From: Tubiluchus corallicola
Lineage: Eukaryota; Animalia; Priapulida
Assembly (NCBI GenBank): GCA_030141605.1
Contig: JAQGDQ010000355.1
Location: 179,816-243,815, forward strand
DNA length: 64,000 bases
Direction: 5' to 3'
Shown here: positions 42,589 through 54,010 of the stretch, in pieces
Layout: every line of letters begins with the position of its first letter
How positions within the stretch are numbered: the stretch's first letter is position 1
The notes under the pieces: generated by a model
Told to the model about the DNA's origin: nothing
The model's database searches: none
The model's input: the letters and a program-made list of their open reading frames with translations, nothing else
Position numbers and translations under genes: made by a program

Positions 42589-42758
42589 ATGACTACTTCA
42601 AAGAAGGCGGCATAGATCCCAATGCGTTGGCCAAGCAGTTAGAGACGCTGCATAAAACCCCTGAACCACCAGCACAAAGTGGTACAGTGATGTCACTTAC
42701 ACCAAGTCCACCAATGTCGTCATCACCTAGCATTGAGGACTGGCAAAACCTAATCAAG
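42589..42758 (+). CDS. PCLO: Piccolo-like exon: PDZ-C2 linker
   Basis: ttgtctag acceptor, AAG|gtaaac donor. GIDPNALAKQLETL resembles recalled Piccolo GVDPKQLAAELQK. Phase 1/0. Confidence 0.82.
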
Positions 42759-42811
42759 GTAAACAGACGTGGCTTCTTTTTGCAAGACACCTTTTATGAA
42801 AGGAAATCTTA

Positions 42812-43087
42812 TGGCACTTTCAGACTAACGAGTTTTCTTTCACGAGTTTTCTCTCTGACAGCAAACTCGCAAGTGTGAACTGTATTGCGAGTTACTGTTG
42901 GCAAGTTATTGCAAACTCTCCCACAGTTGATATCCTGCGAGTTACTCTCGACACTTCTTGCAATGAATAGAGAAATGAGTGTCAGCTCGAGCTTACTGTC
43001 GGAGAGTAACTTGCAGTATGTTTTGCTTTCTAGTCTGAACATGCTTGCGAGTTACTTGACAAGAGAGCTCGCCATCTGAACGTGCCA
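42812..43087. mobile_element. PIF/Harbinger-like MITE
   Basis: TTA|TGGCACTTTCAGA ... TCTGAACGTGCCA|TTA (3-bp TTA duplication), internal gcgagttac sub-repeats. Confidence 0.78.
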
Positions 43088-43129
43088 TTACGTTTGTTTT
43101 AGATGATTCGGTTAAGGGTAAGATCAGTT

Positions 43130-43870
43130 AACTAAGATAAGATGGGATAGGATAGAATAGGATTGGATGGGATAGGTTAGGATAGGGTAGGATAGGATGG
43201 GATGGGATAGGTTAGGATAGGGTAGGATAGGATGGGATGGGATGGGATGGGTGGGACGGGACGGGACGGGACGGGATACGATAGGATAGGATAGGATAGG
43301 ATAGGATAGGATAGGATAGGATAGGATAGGATAGGATAGGATAGGATAGGATAGGACAGGAAGGAATAGGATAGTGGGATACGATACAAGGCAATACAAT
43401 ACGAAATGAGACTATAAATTGAGGTAGGTAAGGTAAGGCAAGGCAAGGCAAGGCAAGGCAAGGCAAGGCAAGGCAAGGCAAGGCAAGGCAAGGCAAGGCA
43501 AGGCAAGGCAAGGCAAGGCAAGGCAAGGCAAGGCTAGGTAAGGTAAGGCAAGGTAAGGGAGAAGGCAAGGCAAGGCAAGGCTAGGTAAGGTAGGGAAAGG
43601 GAAAGCAAGGCAAGGCAAGGTAAGGCTAGGTAAGGTAAGGTAAGGTCAGGTAAGGTAAGGTAAGGTAAGGTAAGGTAAGGTAAGGTAAGGTAAGGTAAGG
43701 TAAGGTAAGGTAAGGTAAGGTAAGGTAAGGTAAGGTAAGGTAAGGTAAGGTAACGGAAGGGAAGGCAAGGCAAAGTAAGGCTAGGTAAGGTGAGCTAAGG
43801 TAAGGTGATGTAGGGTTTGGAGAGGTAAGCTAAAGTAAGGCTAGGCAAGATATGGTAAGATAAGATATGG
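43130..43870. repeat. Pentanucleotide microsatellites (GATAG)n, (AAGGC)n, (AAGGT)n
   Basis: Seen directly. Confidence 0.95.
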
Positions 43871-43970
43871 CAATTTTATTTATGGTTGATTGTAGTCAAA
43901 TAAAAGCACAAGATCAGAAGGGCTTTGGTTCGACAATTATCAACTTAATTATTGCACAGGGTCTAACAGT

Positions 43971-44167
<197 letters not shown>

Positions 44168-44349
44168 GAACTCAATATAAACTGACTTCTGTTAATAACC
44201 TAACGATTTAAAACCAAGTTTTAAAATATAATTACGACTTAATGGTAAAACTTAAGAATTTATAAAAGTACAGTGAATGGGAAAATTCCCAAAACTGTAT
44301 CAGATAAATGAAAAAATTTACTAAAAAAAATTACTTAAAGAAGTAAAAA

Positions 44350-44547
44350 TTGATTCTCAAACTTGTGCAAAACACACATGGAATATTTTTGATGTTAAAA
44401 AATGTATTAATCACCAATAGCCGTTAATTAAGTTTTTAATTTATTATTTAATTATTAGACACTTTTGCAGTATTAATTGTGTTAAAATATATACTTTTTA
44501 TCGGATTTGAAAGTGAAGCTGTATACGAAAAATCATCCTGTCTTCCT
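44350..44547 (-). mobile_element. Kolobok-like MITE family D terminal fragment
   Basis: Ends AAAATCATCCTGTCTTCCT|TTAA. Confidence 0.72.
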
Positions 44548-44601
44548 TTAAGTTGTCACATAACGATTATTTGTTTCATTTTAACTGTGTTTGTTTCAAA
44601 G

Positions 44602-44634
44602 CTGCCGCCTGAGGATATTTCTGGGGAAATTCAG
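44602..44634 (+). CDS. PCLO: Piccolo-like 33-nt exon: first strand of C2A
   Basis: tttcaaag acceptor, CAG|gtacga donor. LPPEDISGEIQ (compare ITGEIQ|LQINYD). Phase 0/0. Confidence 0.8.
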
Positions 44635-44895
44635 GTACGATTTACCTTTTTAATACTTAAAATTATAATACCTTTATCACACAATTACTTTAATTTTGAT
44701 TTTATCCGTTAAACTTTAAGATTATACAAAATTACCTATAATTTGAGTAATTAAAATTTTGTCTCTATCCGTGTTAAACTAAGAAACTTTTGCAAACGAA
44801 CCAAAAATGCATAATCAGCTGTGAATAAGATTAACATTGATTTACCAGATTTTACGACACTATAACCCTTTTGCTGAATTTACTAATTAGTTTGA

Positions 44896-45553
44896 AGGAC
44901 AAGAAAAGGGGCACCTGAAGAAGATTTCAGAAAAATCGTTTTAAAAAATTATACTACTTTACAGCAATTTTATGCGTATATCGTACTCGTGTTGAAAGGA
45001 ATTTTCGTTTGTTTTCATTTTAAATCTCCCGCAATACTATTCCGACGCCGCCATTACATGACGTCACTGCGCCAAGTAAATCAGGGAAAGAAAAGGCAAT
45101 GTTAAATTATGATCCAAAAAACTTTCCGTGCAAACCTATATTTACTTAGCATTTCACTTACCTGCTGGAAAGACTTATGTAACTAGACCAATAGTTTTAA
45201 ATGTTTGTGCCAATCGGTAAAATGTCGCTCGCTCACCCTCCAGGGTGCACCACTCACTAGCCAAAAACGTATTTTTAATCTTAACGACAAGATTTGACAG
45301 TAATTTAAAATTTTACTTAGTTACTGACGTGTGTGCTACGAATGCTCTAATTATTTTATCAAACTTTACTTAATGTTATCAAAACTTGTTTCAAACGATC
45401 TACCATTCAAATGGCTGCGCCTAACGGTCATACAAGTTTTATACAGCGTTACGGCCGATGCAAGCCCTGCATGCAAAAAGGTAGTGTGTAAGGCGTATGA
45501 AATTTCAGTATGAATTTTTTAAGCTTTATGTAAGTGGAGGGTTTTCTCGTGCT
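44896..45553 (+). mobile_element. Kolobok/T2-like MITE family B, full copy
   Basis: ttga|AGGACAAGAAAAGGGG ... TTTTCTCGTGCT|TTAA. Confidence 0.82.
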
Positions 45554-45606
45554 TTAAATAACAAGTGTGCTGGGTACAGTAATTGCACATTTTTCTACAC
45601 CAACAG

Positions 45607-45737
45607 CTGCAATTAAGCTATGATGACGTCAGACAGCGTCTATTTGCCACCATCGTCAGAGCTATCAACTTGAAAGAGAAAGATGCTTATGGAATCATTA
45701 ATCCGTTTATGAAGGTGTACTTGCTCCCTGGACGAAG
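45607..45737 (+). CDS. PCLO: Piccolo-like exon: C2A N-terminal half
   Basis: caacag acceptor, AG|gtacat donor. LQLSYDDVRQRLFATIVRAINLKEKDAYGIINPFMKVYLLPGR. Confidence 0.92.
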
Positions 45738-46087
45738 GTACATACAAACGATCCATACTACTATTTCATTTACTTTTTAGTGCAAAGCGAAAAAGTGAAA
45801 CATCGTGTTTTTTCTTCATTTTTATCGGAGAATTTCCTAGTTTCGTTTCATATTAATATTAATATTAATAGTATTTATTACTAGTTATTAATATTGAAAA
45901 TTATCTCAGTCTTATTATTGTATTTTTTGTTAGGCAGTTTTCATTATTGTAAACCTCACATGACAGTTGACATTTCTGTTATACAAGCAGCCAAAAATGA
46001 TCTCAAACTATCACATGTATCATATATCATATATCATATCATTTTCAACTACTTATATCATTGCACGCTGCCAATAATCTATACCCA

Positions 46088-46700
46088 AAGCAAAAACGGA
46101 CCCAATCTTAAACTCTAGGTCATATCAATCTACTATTTAAAATAATGAAAGGAAACATACTATTTTTTTCAAAAAATGACTTACGTGAAAGAATTATTGC
46201 CACACAAGCACAATTTCACGTTCGCGCCACTAGTTCTTCACTGTTACATGTATTTCACCATTCGCTATGTTGGCCGCCTGCATTTCGGAAATTCATTGCA
46301 CAACAAACAGGTGCTGTACCTCTCAGTTCAGATGCGTTAGTTTGTGACGAACTGCACACGTTCGACAGCTCATGTGTTAGCACATTGATAGATTTGAAAC
46401 TTGAATTTTTATCTTAAAACTTGTCTAGTTTTAGTACAACACACTGAATGTCTTACAGTAGCACCGCACCTCAATTTTCGCATTTGCAAACACGTGCAAC
46501 ATGCTCGTGGAATATTTTTGCAGTTGAAAATTATGTTAGTTTGTGATGTCATCAACAGTTGGGCTTGCCCGCCATTAATTAAGGTTTTAATCTATTATTT
46601 AATTATCAGAAACGCGTTTGCAGAATTAATTGTGCTAAAATATATACTTTTTATCGGAGTTGAAGTTGCGGTTGTATTTGAAAAATCATAATCTTCTTCT
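46088..46700 (-). mobile_element. Kolobok-like MITE family D, near-full copy
   Basis: Spans both the 12195 and 13674 fragments. Ends are degenerate. Confidence 0.72.
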
Positions 46701-47099
46701 TGGTGTTGTATCCCTCGTTTTGCTACCATGTCCATGTTACTATAAGTAATATTAATAGTTTGCCTGTTAACGCTTTGTGTCAATTTACAAATGGTCAATA
46801 GCTACTCGTGAGGAAAGTAAACAGTTTGTAAAAACAGTATCGAAATTTTAAACTTAGTTTCACATAATGCAAGAAATAACAAAATATTTATGTACTTACT
46901 CCTACAGACATAGTACTGGAGTTTTGCTAAATACAATGCAGATTTGTCTCTTTTTTAGCAAACTTAATGGGCAATTAAACACAAACTACCACCCACAGGA
47001 ATGTACAATCAATACGATATACCAACTTATTTCTTACATTAATAGTGCAAAATCCAAGAACATAATAATTACATTAATTTTGGTTTTTCCTTATTTAAG

Positions 47100-48561
47100 T
47101 GTTGAAAATAAATGGCGAACGAAGCACATCAGTAATTCCCGAAATCCGGAATGGAACGAAACGATCATGTACGAGAATCTGCCACGACATGAGCTGGTTC
47201 AACGATGCGCGGAATTCAGCGTATGGAATTACGTGAAAACTGGGAGAAACGATTTTCTGGGAGAAGTTCTTATAGACTTAGCAGACAAGACGTATTTAGA
47301 TAATGAGCCCTACTGGTACCAGTTGGAAGCACATCGAGAATGCAACGAAAAGGGATTCATTCGACCCCCTCGATCAAAATCGCCATTCATGACGATGCAT
47401 AGACAGTCTCAGCAAGTACCATATCAAGGTCTCTCCAGTACAGAAAGGTTGCAATCCATTCCACAACCACCTCAACGTCCGGCACCCACTCTTCCGCCAA
47501 ACATTGCAAAACAGAGTTCTAAAGGTGGCAGCCCCTACGTGCAAACGTATCCCACAATGCCCGCAAAACAATCCCTTTTTGACGTTCGAAAGCCGCAGCC
47601 GCAGCATGCCGTGCCCGTACCCGGCTTTGCCGCTCCTCAACACCCGAAGCCACAGAGCCCTTACAATTTTCCTTCAGTGTCACCCAGAACAGCAGCCGCA
47701 TCCAATTATGATGTGACGTCGTCTAGTGCACCTCTACCAAGATCAGGAAGCAGTGGGTCACCGTTTCATACTGTGAGTCCTCAGCACACAACTCAACAGC
47801 CAAGAGACAGATCTTACTACTCCAATCAAATCACTGCGTCAACAGGCAGTCAGTATCATTCTTCTATCCCTTATCCTCTAACTTCAAGCCAACATCCCCA
47901 ATATTCAAACCAATATCCTCCGTCTTCTGGCCAATATCCTCAATATTCTGGTCAATATCCTCAGTCCTCTGGCCAGCATCCTCAATCTTCTGGTCAATAT
48001 CCTCAATCTTCTGGCCAATATTCTCAAACTTCTGGTCAATATCCTCAGACTTCTGGCCAATACTCTCAGTCTTCTAGTCAATATCCTCAGTCTTCGACTG
48101 GTCCTTCTTTCCCACAAAGTAAATCTGGCAAGCACCCTCAGCAGCAGCACAATGGTCCCACTACAGGACCTTATCAGAACTCAGGAGGCAATGACTCTCT
48201 ATCAAGCATGAATGAAACTTCAGTTTTCTACACTGTTGCTGATGCAAGACGCAACTCTCACAATGCTCAGCACCAACCAAAAAGTGAGACCTGTACAACT
48301 GGTTGCCCGAGTGATGGACCGACCGAATACCCCACTCGTTCATCTCTGTCACCCTACATGGTTCATTCAAGTGCAACACCTGTGTCACCCTCACTGTCGA
48401 GGAGGGCTCCTCCAAGCACGCATCGTACTTTACCTAAGCAGACAATATCAACATCATCTGCTGAACTGGGACACGGTTATCAATACCATCAATCTTCCAC
48501 ATTACCCCATCAAAACAGATCAAAGACGCTTGCCAGCAATGAGGAAGTGAAGAACTTGAAG
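47100..48561 (+). CDS. PCLO: Piccolo-like exon: C2A C-terminal half plus Q/P/S/Y-rich tail
   Basis: atttaag acceptor, AAG|gtatga donor. SVENKWRTKHISNSRNPEWNETIMY...NDFLGEVLIDLADKTYLDNEPYWYQL is a typical Piccolo/RIM C2A end. Confidence 0.92.
47890..48095 (+). repeat. Coding 21-bp repeat (SGQYPQS)n, about 9 copies
   Basis: tctggccaatatcctcaatct variants in frame within the C2A exon. Confidence 0.88.
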
Positions 48562-48649
48562 GTATGATATCATTTTTGAACATGCAATAGGCAGTTTGTC
48601 GGTGTGTGGCTGTTTTGGACATGACATTAGTTTTAGGTTGGAGTCTTAA

Positions 48650-49109
48650 AGGACAAGAAAATGCCCAGCAAAGTAAGCCTCAGAAAATTCACAAAAAAAA
48701 ATTATATCACCTAAGTATAATCTTAAGCGAATAAAGTACTCACGTTTTCGCATTTACTCTAATTTTTGTAAAATATTTCAACCGCTGCAGTAAACGTTGG
48801 CGCAGACATGTTTCATTTAGTCAGTCCGCCAATTGAAAAACCAGCATGTGACTGATCACGTGGCATGACATCACTCGAACACAGTCGCAGTGAGTTCTGA
48901 GCATGTGTACTATAAAGATTTGTGTTGTGGTTCTGTGATGCCATCTAATATGGCGCCGCCGTGACAGTCTCGCGGGAGCATTTAAAATGAAAACAAACAG
49001 GAAATTCTTTTAACGCGAGTATGATAAACGCTTCAGATTGCCTCTAACCATTATAATGTTTTAGCGAAAATTTTCTGAGACTTGCTTTAACTAGGCCTTT
49101 TCTTGTCCT
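48650..49109 (-). mobile_element. Kolobok/T2-like MITE family A, inverted copy
   Basis: TTAA|AGGACAAGAAAATG ... CTTTTCTTGTCCT|TTAA. Body is the reverse complement of 10036-10476. Confidence 0.88.
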
Positions 49110-49156
49110 TTAACATGGTGCTAGTTTTTATGCAATAATAGAAACTAGTACAAAAG

Positions 49157-49533
49157 AATATGCCTTTTCACAGTTTTGTTGTCCGCATGTCTAGTTGCTG
49201 TAGGTCAAAGATTAAGAATACCACAGCAACTCGTCTTAGCTACAACAGTCACGTGACGTGTGTGTAAAGCAAAGCCGTCTGCCTTATCAGTTCAGTAATA
49301 TCAGCTGTTTTACGTGGACATTACTTAATTATGCATTAGTCTGCATGTAGAGTGTGATTTACTAACAGGATCTTGCTTGGGAACTAGAAAAAATGAACTA
49401 GGTAAGGTTCTAGGTAGCTGTTAAAACTGTTACTACAGCATTGTCAAATGTACACAAATGCATTGTCTGGTACATCTAACTTTTGACTTTTTCACGACCG
49501 TCATCAATCGTTGGAACTGTGAAAAGGCTTATT
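49157..49533 (+). mobile_element. MITE family F
   Basis: aatatGCCTTTTCACAGTT ... AACTGTGAAAAGGCttatt. Confidence 0.78.
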
Positions 49534-49753
49534 AGCAATGTAAACATCACTTTTAAATTCATAAAGCATGGCTTTCTAAACATGGCAGGGTAATTTCAGA
49601 ATACCCTGACTTTATTGCTAATTTTTATACACATTTTATATTGCCATTGGATCTTGCCTTTTAGTTTCCGCACTTGTTTGTGGGTTATTATGTTTCATTA
49701 ATTCTAGAAGTTTATCTAGGTTTTTGTTGTGAGTGATCTCTGGTTTCTTTCAG

Positions 49754-49826
49754 GTGTCTTCTGGACACGGAAGTCATCCAAATATTGCCTTGGTAAAGCC
49801 TGTAACTGAACAAAGGGACATTACCG
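49754..49826 (+). CDS. PCLO: Piccolo-like small exon
   Basis: tttctttcag acceptor, G|gtaaga donor. VSSGHGSHPNIALVKPVTEQRDIT. Phase 0/1. Confidence 0.72.
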
Positions 49827-51039
49827 GTAAGAAAATTCTTGCAAAAAATCCGATTGATTCGTTTATTGATTCCTCTAACAACTTTCTACAAACTTTACAA
49901 CTTCTTCATCTGTCTTAGCCATTATATTTTAATAATTGTTAGAGACGACACTTATATCATTTTGATATTTTGCCAAATTCTCATAAAACATATTTGACCA
50001 GTCCCACTCAGGCATAAGGGTGGACCTAAAAACATGGATGAAATTGAACTAAAAAATTTCAGTCAATATTTTCTATTTTTTTAGCTAACGTTGTTTATTT
50101 GTTTATGTTTAGTTTCTTACAAAAGAAAATAGCATCTCAAGATGTCTCCGGCAGTTTTGCTTTAAATTTATATTGATCAAACTATAAACAGACATTCCAT
50201 TTAAGAAAGAGATTTTATGCTTCCACTGAAGGTTCAATTGCTTGATCTGTTTTGGAATTTAACGGCGTTGCCTTAATGTCTTTGTCGCTGTTTTAAATAC
50301 GGACAGTTTTATCACAATTTTTGTTACCTCCGTTTTTTTGGAAAATGAGATAAGATGAAAGGCGAATTTCTGAAAATCCCGTGTAGTTTTATAGTACATC
50401 TAACACCCCCCCCCCCCACACACACACACAAAGTACTGGTATTGTTTTTTCTGAATTCAAATTGTGTTTTCCCTGTCTCTCTGTCTATCTCTGCGTCTAT
50501 CTGTCTCTCCACCTGTCTGTCTCTCTCCGTCTGCCTGCCTGTCTGTCCGTCCGTCTGTCTCTCTGTTCATGCACCTGTTCCATCCATTTATCATTTTATA
50601 GGACAATTTGTCTCTCTATCTGACTGTCTATTTGTCTTCTTTCCGTTTGTTTGTTCGTCTGCTGTCTCACTATTTTCTCTCTCTCTCTCTCCCTTTCCCC
50701 CCTCTCCCTCTCCGTCTGACCAAGCTTGATGTTGCTTACTTTGGTTACAAGGAGCACACTCCAAGCAAATTGTACTGAGTAACAAGTTTCGTTGCTGGAA
50801 CATTCCTCCTATGATCATCCACAATTAAAAACATCTTAAAATGTTTATTAAAACAAAAATAAAATAAACATCTCCCATAGAGATGATTTTAAAATGTTGA
50901 ACAATTTATTAATATTGTTATTTCAAATATTCTTACGGGAGCCATCGTTAACGAAACGGACTTTTTTAAACAGCAGAATATTCACTTTAATGTTTTTTCT
51001 TGCCAATTATTTTATTATAAACCGAGTTTTCAGACACAC

Positions 51040-51822
51040 TAAAATTTGTTTTAAATGTGCTTATTTATAGTTAAAACTTCACAACTTTATTAAAACTTTT
51101 AATTTATATACTTAAAAATCATGTCAAACGCTTCGACAGAGCTACTGCTGTCATCATCAGTGGCAAAATTTTTACAAACATACGACCATATAACCAGTTT
51201 ATATAGGCAGAATCTACAGTATAGAACATTATGCACTAATTATGTATTTAACAGAAGCCAAATAGGCAATGAATAAGCAGACCAGTAGAAAAGAAATTTA
51301 TACAGTAAATTATGCACTAATTACGTATTTAACAAAAGCCAAATAGGTAATGAATAAGCAGACCAGTGGAAAAGAAATTGATATTAAAAAGTATTAATAA
51401 CAGGAAGTTTATCCATGTAACCTAATAAGCTTTCTCTTAATGCACAAAGCAGTTCAATTCCCTTAAATTTATTTTCAAACACGTAGCTATTTGTTACTGT
51501 ATCAATTTCATTTCGACAGGTCTGCTTAATAAATACCTATTTGGCTTTTTGTAAATAGGCAACATAATTAGTGCATAATTTACTGTATCAATTTTTTTAC
51601 TGGTCTGCTTATTCATTACCTATTTGACTTCTGTTAAATACATAATTAGTGCATAATGTTCTATACTATAAGCTTGCCTATATGAACTGGTTGTATGTTT
51701 ATAAAAATTTACCACTGATGATGACAACAGCAGCTCTGTCGAAACGTTTGACATGATTTTTAACTATGCAAATGAAGTTTTAATATGTGTTGTTTTAACT
51801 ATAAGTGTTTTTAAAAGTGCCT
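51040..51822. mobile_element. Penelope-like palindromic element with hammerhead-type motif in each arm
   Basis: About 51040-51400 is the reverse complement of about 51500-51822. CTGATGA-T-GACA..TGTC-GAAACGTT at 51715-51748. Confidence 0.6.
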
Positions 51823-52497
51823 GTAATAAAAAAAATTGACGTGTTTATTTTATTTTTATGGTAATTCTTTAGCATATGTTCTTACGCATGTTCACAAGAA
51901 TGCAGTGAATTTGTGACCTTGACAACTTAAGGTTTTTGCTTGGGTGCATTAGGTCAGTTTCACACGCAACACAAAAAATATTTAATTACATTCGTTCATT
52001 GTATTATTAACTCCTCGAGAGATACGATAAATTACGCACTGCTGATACTCTTTCTATGCATTTAGTTTGCAAAATCAATTTTTTTGCGCAGTGATGACAA
52101 ATTTTCATTTGCAATGGTTTCTTGTTTAACTTTTAAATTTGCAATAATTTTCATTTCTTTCAAAAATTTATCATAAGGCCAACATCTTAGCCAAATTGTA
52201 CACTATATTAGTTGGTTTAAAATCTGACAAAGAATCGAGCGATTGTCATTTGTAAAAAGTTAGCAGCACCAAACGTGTCTAGTGTTCACAGTCAGGGCCT
52301 GAGTATCCTATAGGTTACTATATGGTCACTCAAGCTTGAATAGAACTCAAACTTTGTTAGCATTTGGTAAGGAAATCTGTTTTTTTCACTATGGTTGTGT
52401 TAAAGTACGTGCTAATTTGGTCTGCAATAAATAGTAAAATAGTTGCATTTCTTGAACACATTTTGACAAACAAATGATAGCTATTCTAGTTACTTAA

Positions 52498-53039
52498 AGG
52501 AAAACCAGATGATTGTGTAAAGATTAATTCAGAATAAAGAATGTTCTAAAATATTGAAAACTACAATAACTTTTCTTTAAGTCAAAGCTTAGATTAAATA
52601 ATAATTACCTCGGATACTCAAATTTCGTTAAACTTTCAAATCTACTTGCGGCTTAGTGAATCTGCTAAGATTGGCAGCGGCGCCTTTTTGTCACATTCGT
52701 GTGGCCGACAAATAGAAGGCGGTACCGTGATAACCATGATTATGAACTGCAGTGTTAGTTTCTGACGTCATATGATGTAAAGCTCATTTTTCGTGGCATC
52801 ATGCGCTTAAGCAGTACTGTAACACTAATGCAAATGTGTTTGATGCGCAAGGGAAGACGCCTGCCATTGCACAAGCTGTGGTTAGTTTCTGACGTAAGCA
52901 ATTACTGTGTTCGGTTGCCATTAATTAACTTTCTAAGCTAATTATTCAAATATAAGGAACAATTGTTAACTTTTATAGGCAAGAAAATGTATATTTTGGG
53001 CATAAATTAAAATGAGATTGATTCTAAACAATTCTTCCT
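52498..53039 (+). mobile_element. Kolobok-like MITE family C
   Basis: TTAA|AGGAAAACCAGATGATTG ... TTCCT|TTAA. Confidence 0.82.
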
Positions 53040-53444
53040 TTAAAGAATTTGCAATCAGTTTACTTTAAACGATGTCAACGTCGCTAAAATATATCAGGAG
53101 TAAAAAATATTGAAGCCTGGTACGGGCTAGCTAGAGGGTGGCTTAGTCTCATAATAATCATTTGTCTAATGTACCTAAAAAGGTCGCAATCGTATACTGT
53201 ACATAACATCACACACAAAGGCGTAATTTGCACTTCTCTATGCGCATGCGCTACGTAATGCTTTATTTAGAAAGTCAATAATGTATTTTGCAAATTTACT
53301 TTCCGTAAACTTCTCGTTTTGTCTGCCTTGACTTCTAATTTCCTTCTTTCTCAAGTCTTGCTACAGCGCACAAAGTGTCTCTTAATGTGACGGAAATATA
53401 TTTTAGGTCTCACTCTCGACCGTCATAAACTTACGTAAGCAGAT

Positions 53445-54010
53445 GCAGATTTTTCCAGCTCTTTGGCTGTAGCAAGTTGTATTTTCTTGCGCTGATAAAG
53501 GTCGAAACACCAAACGTACGTTTTTGAAAAGAGAAAACAGATTTTTTCAGCTTTTCGGCTGTAGAAAGTTGTATTTTCTCACGCTGATAAAGGTCGAAAC
53601 ACCAAACTGACGTTTTTGAAAAGAAAAACAGATTTTTTTCAGCTCTTTGGCTGTAGAAAGTTGTATTTTCTTACGCTGGTAAAGGTCGAAACACCAAACT
53701 GACGTTTTTGAAAAGAGAAAACCGATTTTTTTCAGCTCTTTGGCTGTAGAAAGTTGTATTTTCTCACGCTGATAAAGGTCGAAACACCAAACTGACGTTT
53801 TTGAAAAGAAAAACAGATTTTTTCAGCTCTTTGGCTGTAGAAAGTTGTATTTTCTTACGCTGGTAAAGGTCGAAACACCAAACTGACGTTTTTGAAAAGA
53901 GAAAACCGATTTTTTTCAGCTCTTTGGCTGTAGAAAGTTGTATTTTCTCACGCTGATAAAGGTCGAAACACCAAACTGACGTTTTTGAAAAAAGAAACAC
54001 ATTTTTTTTA
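53445..54010. repeat. ~92-bp tandem repeat, 6 copies
   Basis: gctg(a/g)taaaggtcgaaacacc at 53491, 53583, 53675, 53768, 53859, 53952. Confidence 0.93.

Noticed and set aside
46867-47099. N-terminal 78 aa of the 566-aa ORF as an independent start
   Set aside because: Intronic AT-rich sequence before the acceptor at 47099. The C2 domain needs the upstream exons.
53445-54010. CRISPR array (GTCGAAAC-containing repeats)
   Set aside because: The whole 92-bp unit repeats, with no variable spacers.
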